DNA from: a virus
Lineage: Duplodnaviria > Caudoviricetes
Direction: 5' to 3' (one strand)
Virus record (IMG/VR): IMGVR_UViG_3300027896_002037
Location: 1 to 61,782 of that record
DNA length: 61,782 nucleotides
Notes under the pieces: model-generated
Database searches by the model: none
The model's input: only the letters and a program-made list of their open reading frames with translations
What the model was told of the DNA's origin: nothing
Made by a program: the position numbers and the translations under genes
In this document: positions 27,620 through 37,973 of the stretch, piece by piece
Numbering within the stretch: the first letter of the stretch is position 1
How the letters are laid out: the number at the start of each line of letters is the position of its first letter

Positions 27620-30600
27620 ATGGTCCGAATCGATCAATTAAAATTATATAATCAAACAACTGATGGTGTTAGATATATTAGGCATGGGGATGAAAAATAT
27701 CTGATTGCTTTTTTATCTGAAAATTCGACTCTTTTGAACAGTTATTCTAAACTTAATATAAAAATAACCGATGTCAAATATGTCTCAGTGCCGTATACAA
27801 AAATGCCAAGAACCATATTAACATCACAGTTAAAATCGAAATATAAAACTTTAGGATTAAACTCATTACAGTCTAATATACGATTAACATCAGCTCAAAA
27901 TTTATTATATGATCCATCGGAATATATTATAGAACTTGATAAAAAATATAAACCACATCATTATAGAATGTTTGCCGGAACTCAGATTAGAAATGTTTTA
28001 AATACGGGATTCTATCTTTATAAAGAATATAAAAAAGTATTGTTATATTCTATCGATTTGACCAAACCTATACAATCTAACTTTACATCAAGAAAGATTT
28101 TTCCAATTTTACAAGATTTAAAATCTGGTGAATTTGAATATGATTATTTTTTATTTAATGTTATATCAGAGCATGGAAGCAGATATCGTTTATTGGTAAA
28201 AGATAGAGATTTTAAATTTAATCTTGTATGGACATATGTGAAGAGCATAGCCGTCAAACCATCTGTACAAAAAGAATTGGATAGTTCCGATAAATATAAA
28301 ACAGGTGGTGCTATTTTACCATCAGCAGATTTTGTAGAAGATATTCCGGATGATGAACGAGTCAATAACGCAGTTTCAAAACTAGCACCACATATCGATC
28401 CAATAGTAAAGAAAGATAATGTGACAAAAGTTAAAAATTTCGTATCAGATTTTTTAAAGAAAAATCCTCAAATTGTTGATAAAATTGAAACAACTGATGA
28501 TGTAAGCTCTACAGATGCTCAAAAAATTGCGATAGGTTCGATATTGGATAAGACCATTAATAATTCTCAGAAGGCCATGAAACTCATTAGAAATATAGAA
28601 CCTTCTAAGACACAAAAGATTTTATCTAAAGTAGACGCTACATTTACAGATAAATTTATAGAAAAAACAAAAGTTGCATCCACATCTGATAATCAAATTG
28701 TCCAACTTGCAAATGTATCAAAATTAAATGATCATAAAAATCCAATACATCTTTTTGAAAAGAGATCAATTGACTTTAAAACTAACCTTCAAAAAGATAT
28801 AGAATCTGTTTTTAAAGTATTAGAAAATAGAGATATTCCTCTATATACCGAATCTGTAATTTTAACAGATTCTCCATCTAAACCTGGAGAAATTAACAAA
28901 TCTGAAATAACGTTGGCAACTATAACAATTGTAGATATGTTTAAAAATAAGCATATAATACGATTGGAAATACCGAAGATAAATACCGATACTGGAGTAT
29001 TTACAGTTAATGGTAAATCAAAATGTTTAATCAATCAAATGGTCCAGTGTCCAATTTCATTTCCGAGTCCGGGAGATTCTAAATTTGAAAGTGCATATTC
29101 TACTTTTCACATAGAAAGTAAGCATATTAAGAAATATTCTTATTTAAGATCCTACATAGGATCTTTTAAAAATCTACCATTATTAGTTGTAATATCCTTC
29201 ATGTTTGGTTTTGAAAACAGCATGAAATCATATGGAATAGATTATGAGATATCCGATAAAGCTCCCAATAAAATAGATAGTAATGTAGTGAAGATTAATG
29301 ATACTACATTTGTATACTTTAAAAATGTAAACACTGATTTGAAAGCTCAATTATGTAATTCTTTTAATGAAGCAACTCCTTCTCGATATAATATTGATAA
29401 ACCATTATTAAGTAGAGAATATTTTGAAGAATTACTGCAGGCGATAACGGGAACAATCTCAGCATCGTATCATATTAATCGTATTTTCGATAATATCTTA
29501 GACCCAGCCTCTACTCAAGTTCTTATGATACAAGGATTACCACATGATTTAGATTTAATTATAAAATATATGTCTGAAAAAGTAGTGTCTGGATTCTCAC
29601 AAGATAAAAATGATCTTAGCAATCAGCGAATAAGAGGATCCGAAATAATAGCCCATTTAATTGTAAAATCTGTATCTCAGGCATATACCATATATAGAAA
29701 CCAGGTGTTATCTGGAAATAAAAATGCTATATTTGAAATACGAGAAAAAGATATACGGTCTGCATTTTTAACAAGTGATATCGTGTCTAATATGGAATAC
29801 GCCAATCCGGTTGAGGAAATGGCAGTAATGTTGAGAGTGTCTCCTATTGGTAGTGGAATAGGTGGCTTAAAAAATAAGGCGGCAATTTCCTCCGAATATA
29901 GAAATGTACACCAATCATATTTTGGAAATATAGATCCTCTTGATACTCCGGAAGGTGGACAGATTGGAGTTGTTCAACAATTAACTTTAGACGCTGAAAT
30001 TTCATCTACACGCGGCATATTTAATATAAAAGAAGTAGATCCGACTCATGGATCGGGAATTTTATCAACTTCATCGGCATTAATTCCATTTACTAGTTCT
30101 AATGACGGTAATAGAATTATGTTCGCATGTAGCCAGCAAAAACAAATGTTACCTTTAAAAAATCCAGAACCACCCGCAATTATGACCGGATACGAATCTA
30201 TATTAACAAATATACTAACTCCTAACTTTGTAAAAAAGTCTCCAGTAGATGGTATTATAACAGATGTAACGAAAGATAAGATTTCTATAGCTTCTAAAGA
30301 TGGAAAATCATATAGCATAGATCTTTCACCAATACATTTAAGTTCTGGTTCTGGTAGAGATACCTTAAGCATTTTTATTCCTAAAGTTTTAACACATCAA
30401 AAAGTTAGAGAGAAAGAAATTGTCGCAGAAAGCAGTTCAATCAAAGATGGTACTATTTCATTGGGTAGAAATCTCTTAGTTGCATACATGCCATATAAGG
30501 GATATAGCTTTGATGATGGTATTATTATAAATGAGAATTTAGTAAAAAATGAACAGCTAGTCTCTCTTCATGCCATAGTTGAAGAAATCTTAATATCGGA

Positions 30601-31810
30601 AAAAGATAGAATTTTATATATAGTAGAACCCGGAACAAAAACTGAAAAGGGTGATATTTTACTTAGAAAAACTATTGGTGAAATAGAGGAATTATTGGGA
30701 TTTGAGGAAGATGAAACCTCGGTTATGAACGGGCAGGATTTGATAAAGAAGAGCCCTGGAGGAGTTGTCGTCGACATAGAATTATATTCAAATATAGATA
30801 TTTCAAAGAATCCTAAATTAAAAGAGTTTGGTGATAAAACACGAGAACGACACGGGACTGCTCCAAAAGAAAAATTTTCTGTTGGTGGTAAACTCATAAA
30901 AGGAATTCTTATAAAGTTTAAAATCCAGCAGGAACTTTCTATCGATCTTGGGGATAAAATGACAGGTAGATACGGTAATAAAGGAGTTGTGTGCTATATC
31001 GAAGAGAACTCTAAAATGCCACTCTGTCCATGGGGAGATCATGTCGATATAATATTAAACCCATTGGGTGTAATATCAAGAATGAATGTTGGACAGATTT
31101 ATGAAACATATTGTGGCCTTATATCTAAAAGTCTTGCTGGAATGATGGCACATAATACAAAAGAAAGATTTATTCATGCTTTAAAATATGTTTTACCGTT
31201 ATTAGATGGTACACAAAATAAAGAATATAGTACAAATGTGATCGAGGGTCTTGTAGCAACAACTGATAAACAATATCTTAAAATAATGGAAAAAATAAAA
31301 AATGATAGATTTTTTCCAATCATAGTACCGCCTTTTAAATCTCCAACAGTTCAATCTATTAAGAAAGCATTGGATATTTTGGGATTAAAGAGTGGATATA
31401 ATTTATATCTTCCAGAATTTGATGTTAAGACAACCAATGCAGTTCCTGTTGGATATCTATATATGTCTAAACTGGAGCATATTGCCAGATTAAAATCACA
31501 CAGCAGATCTACAGGACCCGTCACAAGTAAAACAGGTCAACCTACGGCAGGTAAGCGACGAGAGGGTGGACAGAGAATGGGAGAATTGGATTCATACTCC
31601 ATATTGTCATATAATGTACCACATTTAGCGTCTGAAATATTCAGTTCAATGTCAGATGATATTAAATCTAAAAATGAAATGATATCTGAAATTGTACAGA
31701 CTGGAGAAACTACATTTAGATATCCTCAAGTCACTCCAGCAAAAGATTTATTATCAAGTTATTTCTTAGCTATGATGTTGGACCAAAGAGAGATGGGTGA
31801 GCTGTTATGA
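27620..31810 (+). CDS. rpoB: RNA polymerase beta-like subunit 1 with long N-terminal extension
   Basis: G.F.VNG, R.VH.SYFG.IDPLDTPEG, DGNR.MF...Q.KQ, LGRNLLVAYMPYKGYSFDDGI, GDKMTGRYGNKGVV, NPLGVISRMNVGQ, GGQRMGELD. Confidence 0.93.
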   Translation: MVRIDQLKLYNQTTDGVRYIRHGDEKYLIAFLSENSTLLNSYSKLNIKITDVKYVSVPYTKMPRTILTSQLKSKYKTLGLNSLQSNIRLTSAQNLLYDPSEYIIELDKKYKPHHYRMFAGTQIRNVLNTGFYLYKEYKKVLLYSIDLTKPIQSNFTSRKIFPILQDLKSGEFEYDYFLFNVISEHGSRYRLLVKDRDFKFNLVWTYVKSIAVKPSVQKELDSSDKYKTGGAILPSADFVEDIPDDERVNNAVSKLAPHIDPIVKKDNVTKVKNFVSDFLKKNPQIVDKIETTDDVSSTDAQKIAIGSILDKTINNSQKAMKLIRNIEPSKTQKILSKVDATFTDKFIEKTKVASTSDNQIVQLANVSKLNDHKNPIHLFEKRSIDFKTNLQKDIESVFKVLENRDIPLYTESVILTDSPSKPGEINKSEITLATITIVDMFKNKHIIRLEIPKINTDTGVFTVNGKSKCLINQMVQCPISFPSPGDSKFESAYSTFHIESKHIKKYSYLRSYIGSFKNLPLLVVISFMFGFENSMKSYGIDYEISDKAPNKIDSNVVKINDTTFVYFKNVNTDLKAQLCNSFNEATPSRYNIDKPLLSREYFEELLQAITGTISASYHINRIFDNILDPASTQVLMIQGLPHDLDLIIKYMSEKVVSGFSQDKNDLSNQRIRGSEIIAHLIVKSVSQAYTIYRNQVLSGNKNAIFEIREKDIRSAFLTSDIVSNMEYANPVEEMAVMLRVSPIGSGIGGLKNKAAISSEYRNVHQSYFGNIDPLDTPEGGQIGVVQQLTLDAEISSTRGIFNIKEVDPTHGSGILSTSSALIPFTSSNDGNRIMFACSQQKQMLPLKNPEPPAIMTGYESILTNILTPNFVKKSPVDGIITDVTKDKISIASKDGKSYSIDLSPIHLSSGSGRDTLSIFIPKVLTHQKVREKEIVAESSSIKDGTISLGRNLLVAYMPYKGYSFDDGIIINENLVKNEQLVSLHAIVEEILISEKDRILYIVEPGTKTEKGDILLRKTIGEIEELLGFEEDETSVMNGQDLIKKSPGGVVVDIELYSNIDISKNPKLKEFGDKTRERHGTAPKEKFSVGGKLIKGILIKFKIQQELSIDLGDKMTGRYGNKGVVCYIEENSKMPLCPWGDHVDIILNPLGVISRMNVGQIYETYCGLISKSLAGMMAHNTKERFIHALKYVLPLLDGTQNKEYSTNVIEGLVATTDKQYLKIMEKIKNDRFFPIIVPPFKSPTVQSIKKALDILGLKSGYNLYLPEFDVKTTNAVPVGYLYMSKLEHIARLKSHSRSTGPVTSKTGQPTAGKRREGGQRMGELDSYSILSYNVPHLASEIFSSMSDDIKSKNEMISEIVQTGETTFRYPQVTPAKDLLSSYFLAMMLDQREMGELL

Positions 31811-32403
31811 GCATTAAAGACGAGGTATATACACGAGCATTAACATCATCTTTATTTCCACTTCCCGAATATGATCCTGATGAAGATACTGAAAATCAAG
31901 AAATAGATCCGGAATTAGAAGCTGATATGTTTGATATTATTAATAATATAGGAACACCTGAATTTAAAAATCTATATCTTATAACGAGTTATTCTTTTAA
32001 GAATATGGATTTGGATACACAGATTAGGTTTTGTTTCGATATTATGGATAAAATTTCTGAAGTATATGGATTTATATCACCAACTACCTTATATTATAAT
32101 AGTATGAATGATATTAAAAATGTATATGAATTTTTAGAATTTTTAGAATTTAAAAATTCTCTATTCCTGCAGATAATCTTAACAGGGCTTGTATCTGACA
32201 TGCGAAGATTAGATATTGATAAATTTTTAGAGGAAAATTGGGATAGGTTAATAAATAGAATAAATAATGTAACAAAGCAGATTACAAATCCTATAATTAA
32301 TTCGTTTTTATTAATTAATACAAAAGATAATTTAATGCAATTTTTAACTAGACTTATTAAAAGAAATATGTTAGATGTAACTTTAGAATTTTTTAAATTA
32401 TAA
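31807..32403 (+). CDS. Hypothetical protein
   Basis: 198 aa, ATGA overlap with beta-1. Confidence 0.6.
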   Translation: MSIKDEVYTRALTSSLFPLPEYDPDEDTENQEIDPELEADMFDIINNIGTPEFKNLYLITSYSFKNMDLDTQIRFCFDIMDKISEVYGFISPTTLYYNSMNDIKNVYEFLEFLEFKNSLFLQIILTGLVSDMRRLDIDKFLEENWDRLINRINNVTKQITNPIINSFLLINTKDNLMQFLTRLIKRNMLDVTLEFFKL

Positions 32404-32422
32404 AAAGTAGGAGAATAAATTA

Positions 32423-32680
32423 ATGGCTGATGTAGTTGTAAAGAAGAATGGTATGGAGTTTATTAGAGTACCCCGTGAGATGGTATTGGATATTTCCCAT
32501 ACTGCAGATGGGATAGTGATAACGTTTAAGGATGGTTTTTTGATGAGATATAGCGATGTATATATGCCATCACATACAAAGGAAATGATCAGAACATCGT
32601 TAAATATTGCAAATGCTACTTTGGAGATTGATGTTGCAAATTATAATAAACCAGTAACATTAAATATGATAACCGCATAA
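32423..32680 (+). CDS. Hypothetical protein
   Basis: 85 aa, AGGAG RBS. Confidence 0.6.
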   Translation: MADVVVKKNGMEFIRVPREMVLDISHTADGIVITFKDGFLMRYSDVYMPSHTKEMIRTSLNIANATLEIDVANYNKPVTLNMITA

Positions 32681-32697
32681 CATTAAAAATATGTAAG

Positions 32698-32712
32698 TCT
32701 ATATATATTAAT
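32698..32712 (+). promoter_or_regulatory. Putative phage promoter motif TCTATATATATTAAT
   Basis: Identical 15-mer at 58848-58862; both intergenic. Confidence 0.45.
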
Positions 32713-32757
32713 TTATAGAAATGAAGAAACATGTTATAAAAAATAATAGGAGGATTT

Positions 32758-33699
32758 ATGGATTATCGGGATTATAAGGACTTGGAGGAAACCTCAGTAG
32801 AGGTTTACGAAACAGTTGCGCCAGAGAATGAATTTTTTCACTCTATTTATATAGGTGGTAATGACAGAACTAATCATAAAAATATTGTAGAGCGTTCTGG
32901 ATATTTTCATATACGTGGAGTAGATTACAATCTGGATGAAGTCTATATGGTTGTCATCCACACCAAAACCGTGTTAGCAAAAATGAAAACAGTTGACATG
33001 AAGCAGAAGGTTGCTTGTTTTTGTTATCAGAATCAGACTCCATGGGTTGGAATCAGTGGTCAGGCATGTCCGAGAACGTCTCCAGAAAGAAGAAAAGTAG
33101 AATTTTGTAGCACTTGTAGAAGTCAGTATATTTTAGCAGGAATTTTGACGGATAAAAATGGTCGTCCGACCAAAGACGAAAATGACAAATCTATATTCGC
33201 ATTTCTACGTGCAAATGGAATTAAATTTTCAGCAGCATTTGAATATATTAAAGAATTGAGTCAGTTGGAGTTGACTCCAATCTGTCAGCCCGTAACAGAA
33301 GAATCTAAAAGGTTTGAAAAGTCCAACGTCAACATTAGACGATTTGTAACAAAAATTACAAAAGGCACTTCTCAAACCGCATATGGCGTAAAGTCCATAT
33401 TTAAATTGGCATATGGTAATCAGTTACCAGATGCACAGGTTCCAAATATTATGAAAATCGCTCAAAATACTCTAGAAAAATTTCATGAAAAATTTGACTG
33501 GAGTCGTACTTTGGGAAAAAAGAGTGATGTCGTAAACGTATCTGGATACGGCGAAGAATCTACACCTAAGAATGAACCTGCTAAGTTCGACGACTATGCG
33601 GCTACACCAGCCACTCCGCCGAAACCCGCCGAATCAGCTCCTGTTAATTCAAACGACGTAAGTTTCGAAGATGTAAGTTTTGATGATGTTCCATTTTAA
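32758..33699 (+). CDS. Putative single-stranded DNA-binding protein
   Basis: Cys cluster (C...C...CSTC), Pro/Ala linker, acidic tail ending FDDVPF. Confidence 0.65.
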   Translation: MDYRDYKDLEETSVEVYETVAPENEFFHSIYIGGNDRTNHKNIVERSGYFHIRGVDYNLDEVYMVVIHTKTVLAKMKTVDMKQKVACFCYQNQTPWVGISGQACPRTSPERRKVEFCSTCRSQYILAGILTDKNGRPTKDENDKSIFAFLRANGIKFSAAFEYIKELSQLELTPICQPVTEESKRFEKSNVNIRRFVTKITKGTSQTAYGVKSIFKLAYGNQLPDAQVPNIMKIAQNTLEKFHEKFDWSRTLGKKSDVVNVSGYGEESTPKNEPAKFDDYAATPATPPKPAESAPVNSNDVSFEDVSFDDVPF

Positions 33700-33732
33700 T
33701 ACCATAATATAGGTATTCTTTATTTTAAATAC

Positions 33733-33761
33733 GGAGAGATGTTTACATCTCTCCTTTCTTT
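33733..33761 (+). terminator. Rho-independent terminator
   Basis: GGAGAGATG-TTTA-CATCTCTCC followed by TTTCTTT. Confidence 0.8.
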
Positions 33762-33887
33762 CGTATAACCCTAAATATTTATTAAATCTAGTATTCCCTC
33801 AGCTATCTCATTAATTTAAAACAATTGTTATATTAATTAGTTTATCTGCTTCAAAATATCAAAACCTAAAAAATTTAAGGAGAACTG

Positions 33888-35138
33888 ATGAGTTCACAAA
33901 CATCGCACCGGGAAAGACTTGACATTTATGAATTAACGATTCAAGAAATAAAAGCACTTATTAAAACAAATATTAAAAATACTATAGCCTGTTGGGAATC
34001 TGGTAAAAAGATTGATAAGCAGACTTTTCATATTATTGGAGATGCTGGTGTTGGTAAGACATCATCCGCTTATCAGTTAGCAGAAGAATTAACTCAAGAA
34101 ACGGGAAAATCTTTTTCTATTATTAAGATTCAATCTCCAGTTTTATCAAGAGATGATCTTTTATGCCCATTCCCAGAAATAAAGAAAGAAAAATTTAAAA
34201 TGTTACTGTCAGATTTTATACCGACAGATCCGGATATATATGGATTGTTCGTAATCGATGAAATGTCTCGAGGAGATCATAATTTGCAACAGTTAATGTG
34301 GCAGATTATGAACGAGCAGATGATTCATACGTATGCCTTTCCAAAGGGATGGTTTGTATTATGTATGGATAATCCTGATGATGAAGGATATAGCATGAAT
34401 TACATTGAAGATGTAGCCGGTCTACGAAGGTCCTGTCATCTATATTGCGGAGTATCTGTACGAGCATTTATTGAATATGCCAGACAGATGTCATTCCATC
34501 AACTAATCATCGATTTCATAGAAGCCAATCCTGATAAATTATATGATCATGAAGCCAAAAAGCTCGGTAGAGTTTTCGCCAATCCTGCATCTTGGGAGAA
34601 AGTTAGTAATATATTATGTGGATATGATACAATAGGTAAGGATGGTATATCCTCAAATATGAATAACATAGAGGTTGTTACTGGCGGATTACTAAATGCG
34701 TCTATGGCAAGATATTTTATGGATTTTGTAACAGATAATACAAAATCTATAAATCCAGAAGATATCTTCTATAAATATGACACGATTCGCCCAAAGATTG
34801 TCGAGATGTCCAAAAATACAAATAATCCCAGATTAGCTGATACCACATCGGCATTGACTGATTGGATTTTCCAAAAGAGAATTCCGATCGAAGAAATAAC
34901 GGATGAAAATGTAGAAAATATTATAAATTTCTTAACTGATATACCACTCGATGTTACGTCTATGTTTTTCGCAGCAGAACATGAAAAATATAACGTTAAT
35001 CAGGAAGGTTTCTTTTATCTAATTGATTTTAATCATAAATTGCAAGACTCTCCGAGATATTGCGAAGAAATTGAGAAACCACAGGAAGAAATTACAAGAG
35101 AAGCACTCAAAAGAAAACACGAGCTTGTAACTAGTTAA
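33888..35138 (+). CDS. MoxR/dynein-related AAA+ ATPase
   Basis: GDAGVGKT Walker A, FVIDEMSR Walker B, sensor N, LRR, FANPASWE. Confidence 0.85.
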   Translation: MSSQTSHRERLDIYELTIQEIKALIKTNIKNTIACWESGKKIDKQTFHIIGDAGVGKTSSAYQLAEELTQETGKSFSIIKIQSPVLSRDDLLCPFPEIKKEKFKMLLSDFIPTDPDIYGLFVIDEMSRGDHNLQQLMWQIMNEQMIHTYAFPKGWFVLCMDNPDDEGYSMNYIEDVAGLRRSCHLYCGVSVRAFIEYARQMSFHQLIIDFIEANPDKLYDHEAKKLGRVFANPASWEKVSNILCGYDTIGKDGISSNMNNIEVVTGGLLNASMARYFMDFVTDNTKSINPEDIFYKYDTIRPKIVEMSKNTNNPRLADTTSALTDWIFQKRIPIEEITDENVENIINFLTDIPLDVTSMFFAAEHEKYNVNQEGFFYLIDFNHKLQDSPRYCEEIEKPQEEITREALKRKHELVTS

Positions 35139-35165
35139 TATCTTATTAAAATTTTATATTAAGGC

Positions 35166-35380
35166 AATATCTAATACATCATTCAAGTATTAGATATTAT
35201 TAAATTTAGTATTTTAATAGACCGTCAGACGGATAGTGTCAGAAAATGTGTTTCCGATTGCATACTTTTGAGATGCATGACGATTCACATCTGGCATTAT
35301 CCATAGACGACAGCGCGAGACGTCAATGTCTCATATATGGGAGGTCGGCAATTTTCTCTAAGACATTAGTTTGGAGATTT
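35166..35380 (+). ncRNA. Candidate structured RNA / cis-regulatory element
   Basis: 12-bp perfect hairpin 35166-35198; long stem 35231-35242/35291-35302 with two G-U pairs plus inner stems; hairpin 35317-35332; GC-richer than flanks. Confidence 0.45.
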
Positions 35381-35390
35381 GCGCTAAAAT

Positions 35391-36734
35391 ATGATAGTAA
35401 CAGCTGAAGAAAAATTATCTAGAGCGATAGCTGGTATGGTAAATGTAGATTCATTTTGGGGTTATTTATTCAGTCACGTACAACGAACCTGTGCTCCGGA
35501 GAGTTTTAAATATGCTATGGGTATAGGACCAACAAGTCGGGGTACATTAGAATTGATATATAATAAAGATATGATATTACAGACAGACAGTAATACTATC
35601 GAGCTAATCCTTGAACATGAAGGTTGGCATATATTAAATAAGCATATCTTGAGGCGTGCGAAGATATTGGATGAATTCGGCTTGTCTTTAAATGATATGA
35701 ATGAGCAGACAGATGATAAGGATAAAGTTTTAAAAATTGCTAATAAAAAGTTATTTATCAAATTTTTATGCGATATCCATAATCAGGCAGCTGACATGTC
35801 TGTTAATTACCTTATTCACGCACCAGATTCTCTCAACATTAAAACTGAAAATTCCGACATATATACCCTAGTTCATGCTCGCAATCAAGATCCTCCATTG
35901 GAAGATGGCAAAACGACAGAATATTATTTTATCGAGTTGTATAAAAAATATAAAGATAAGTCTGAATCTGTTGGAATTGGATCATTGTTAGATGATCATG
36001 ATGGATGGGATACGGGCGATCTTAGTGAGGATAATTCTTTAATAAATTCCAAAATAGACTCCTATATAAAAAAATTAGTGTATAATTCGTATAAACATAC
36101 ACGAGATCGGGGAAATTTACCTGGAAAATTAAAAGAATTAATTGATGGTATATTATCTCCACCGAAAATTCCATATTATCAAATGATAAAGAGATTAATA
36201 CGTGCCTCACGGATTGCTAAAATAAAAAGAGCACCTACTAAATTTAATAAAAAACGTTCATATGCATTTTATATGCATAAAAATGGAAAGATGGATTTTT
36301 TACCATACCCCGGAACAAAAAGGGATGAAACGTTTAAATTAGTTATCGGTATAGATACATCTGGATCCATGTCCACAGAGGCATGTATGGAAGGATTATC
36401 TGCTTGTAAAAGTATTATAGAAAACGATCCAAATTGTTATACAAACGTACTACAGTGTGACACCGAAGTAGTAGATGAATATACAATTAAAAAGCTCTCT
36501 GACATAAAATTTGAACTTAAAGGTCGGGGTGGCACCAGGTTAGCTCCAATGTTAAAACGAGCACAAGAATTAGATTGTGATGTTGCATTGATTTTTACTG
36601 ATGCTGAATGTGAAGATTTTACAAAAATTCCAAGATCCGAAATGCCTAAAAAAGTTGTTTGGGTAATTCCACACGATGCAAATGATTCTACTATTGCGGG
36701 TACGGGATTTATTATACGAGTTGATATGCAGTAA
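35391..36734 (+). CDS. Metallopeptidase (HExxH) - VWA domain protein (DUF2201-like), AAA+ partner
   Basis: LEHEGWHIL..H, N.AAD..VN, DDH..W, IDTSGSMS MIDAS, GRGGT, IFTD. Confidence 0.85.
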   Translation: MIVTAEEKLSRAIAGMVNVDSFWGYLFSHVQRTCAPESFKYAMGIGPTSRGTLELIYNKDMILQTDSNTIELILEHEGWHILNKHILRRAKILDEFGLSLNDMNEQTDDKDKVLKIANKKLFIKFLCDIHNQAADMSVNYLIHAPDSLNIKTENSDIYTLVHARNQDPPLEDGKTTEYYFIELYKKYKDKSESVGIGSLLDDHDGWDTGDLSEDNSLINSKIDSYIKKLVYNSYKHTRDRGNLPGKLKELIDGILSPPKIPYYQMIKRLIRASRIAKIKRAPTKFNKKRSYAFYMHKNGKMDFLPYPGTKRDETFKLVIGIDTSGSMSTEACMEGLSACKSIIENDPNCYTNVLQCDTEVVDEYTIKKLSDIKFELKGRGGTRLAPMLKRAQELDCDVALIFTDAECEDFTKIPRSEMPKKVVWVIPHDANDSTIAGTGFIIRVDMQ

Positions 36735-36744
36735 TATGTACTGT

Positions 36745-36783
36745 TGGGAGGGGCTATTCTGAAAAGGGTAGTCCCTCTCATTT
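36745..36783 (+). terminator. 16-bp GAAA-tetraloop hairpin (terminator or mRNA-processing/stability stem)
   Basis: TGGGAGGGGCTATTCT-GAAA-AGGGTAGTCCCTCTCA with four G-U pairs; only TTT follows. Confidence 0.5.
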
Positions 36784-36802
36784 AAAAAACTGGAGGTTTT
36801 AA

Positions 36803-37228
36803 TTGAAACGAAAATATTATTACGATAGAGATAAGATATGTTTAATTGTTGACACATCAAATGACAATTCAAAGATAGCAATTGAATGTGGTCTTAAAAA
36901 AATAGAAAAACTAATTAAGTCATGTAACAGTAAAAAGATGGTAGTTATCGATACAATATCGAAAAAAGAATATAAAATTAAAAATTTAGATGAAATAACA
37001 TATCCAACTTTTGACGGGACGGGGGATATAGTATCTGCATTGAAAAGATCATTAGAGTTGGAATCGGATCTCACATTCGTATTTACCAATTGTAAAAAAC
37101 TTGATGTAGAAAAGAAAGATGTTCCAAGATGCATTTTATGGGTTCTTCCCGATGAAACAATTTCTATTGATAATTTTAGTAATATAGGATACATAGTCAA
37201 AGAAATTGGTGAGAATACTTTAGATTAG
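36803..37228 (+). CDS. Stand-alone degenerate VWA domain (paralogue of upstream C-terminus)
   Basis: LIVDTSND, YKIKNLDEI, LKRSLELESDLTFVFTN, P..ILWVLP, G.IV align with the upstream VWA domain. Confidence 0.7.
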   Translation: MKRKYYYDRDKICLIVDTSNDNSKIAIECGLKKIEKLIKSCNSKKMVVIDTISKKEYKIKNLDEITYPTFDGTGDIVSALKRSLELESDLTFVFTNCKKLDVEKKDVPRCILWVLPDETISIDNFSNIGYIVKEIGENTLD

Positions 37229-37770
37229 TGGGTGCGACAATGAATAGATTAGATTGGGATCAGTATTGGATGGGAATAGCAAAATTAACTGCTTCTAGAT
37301 CGACATGTTTATCACGGTCTGTCGGTGCAATTTTAGTTAAAAATAATCAATTATTATCGACTGGTTATAATGGTGCATTGCCAGGACAATCACATTGTAC
37401 AGAGAGTCAAGATGGATGTCATCGCAGATCTATGAATGTATCTGACAACTCCAAATATGATGTGTGTAGATCTTCACATGCCGAAGCCAATGCTATAGCA
37501 TTGGCAGCGAAAATTGGAATTCCCATAGACAATTCAACATTATATTGTACATTATCACCATGTTTTACATGTTCTAAATTATTAATAATGTGTGGTATTA
37601 AAAGAGTTGTTGTTGAATTAATATACACATCTTTAAATAAAGAACGTGACGAAATGTGGTTGCGTTTTTTAAAAGAAAATGATATAGACTTTAAACGTTT
37701 AAAACTGGAAGGGATGAAAGATAATTTACTAGATATCTTTCAGGATGAAACATCCAAAAGAAAAATTTAA
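37228..37770 (+). CDS. dCMP deaminase
   Basis: WDQYWM.IA, RSTC..R.VGA, TGYNG, HAEANAI, PCFTC. Confidence 0.92.
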   Translation: MGATMNRLDWDQYWMGIAKLTASRSTCLSRSVGAILVKNNQLLSTGYNGALPGQSHCTESQDGCHRRSMNVSDNSKYDVCRSSHAEANAIALAAKIGIPIDNSTLYCTLSPCFTCSKLLIMCGIKRVVVELIYTSLNKERDEMWLRFLKENDIDFKRLKLEGMKDNLLDIFQDETSKRKI

Positions 37771-37781
37771 AGGAGTATAAG

Positions 37782-37961
37782 ATGCAAATATCTGAAATAA
37801 TTGAAAAATTACAAGAAATTCAGGATATGTGTGGTGAGGATATAGAGGCTTTAATCGAAGTATGTGATGAGCATACAGGAGAATATTCTATTATTCCTAT
37901 CGGCGAAGTCTCTTGTAGTGATAGAGATGGATATGGACTATCTGTTTTATTTTTAATATAA
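37782..37961 (+). CDS. Small acidic hypothetical protein (59 aa)
   Basis: MQISEIIEKLQEIQDMCGEDIEALIEV...; AAGGAG RBS; fills the gap; below ORF-track cutoff. Confidence 0.65.
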   Translation: MQISEIIEKLQEIQDMCGEDIEALIEVCDEHTGEYSIIPIGEVSCSDRDGYGLSVLFLI

Positions 37962-37973
37962 TGTGGGGGTTCT

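Noticed and set aside
35139-35390. tRNA or hammerhead ribozyme in the structured gap
   Set aside because: No cloverleaf with T-loop GTTC and no CUGANGA/GAAA core could be found by eye
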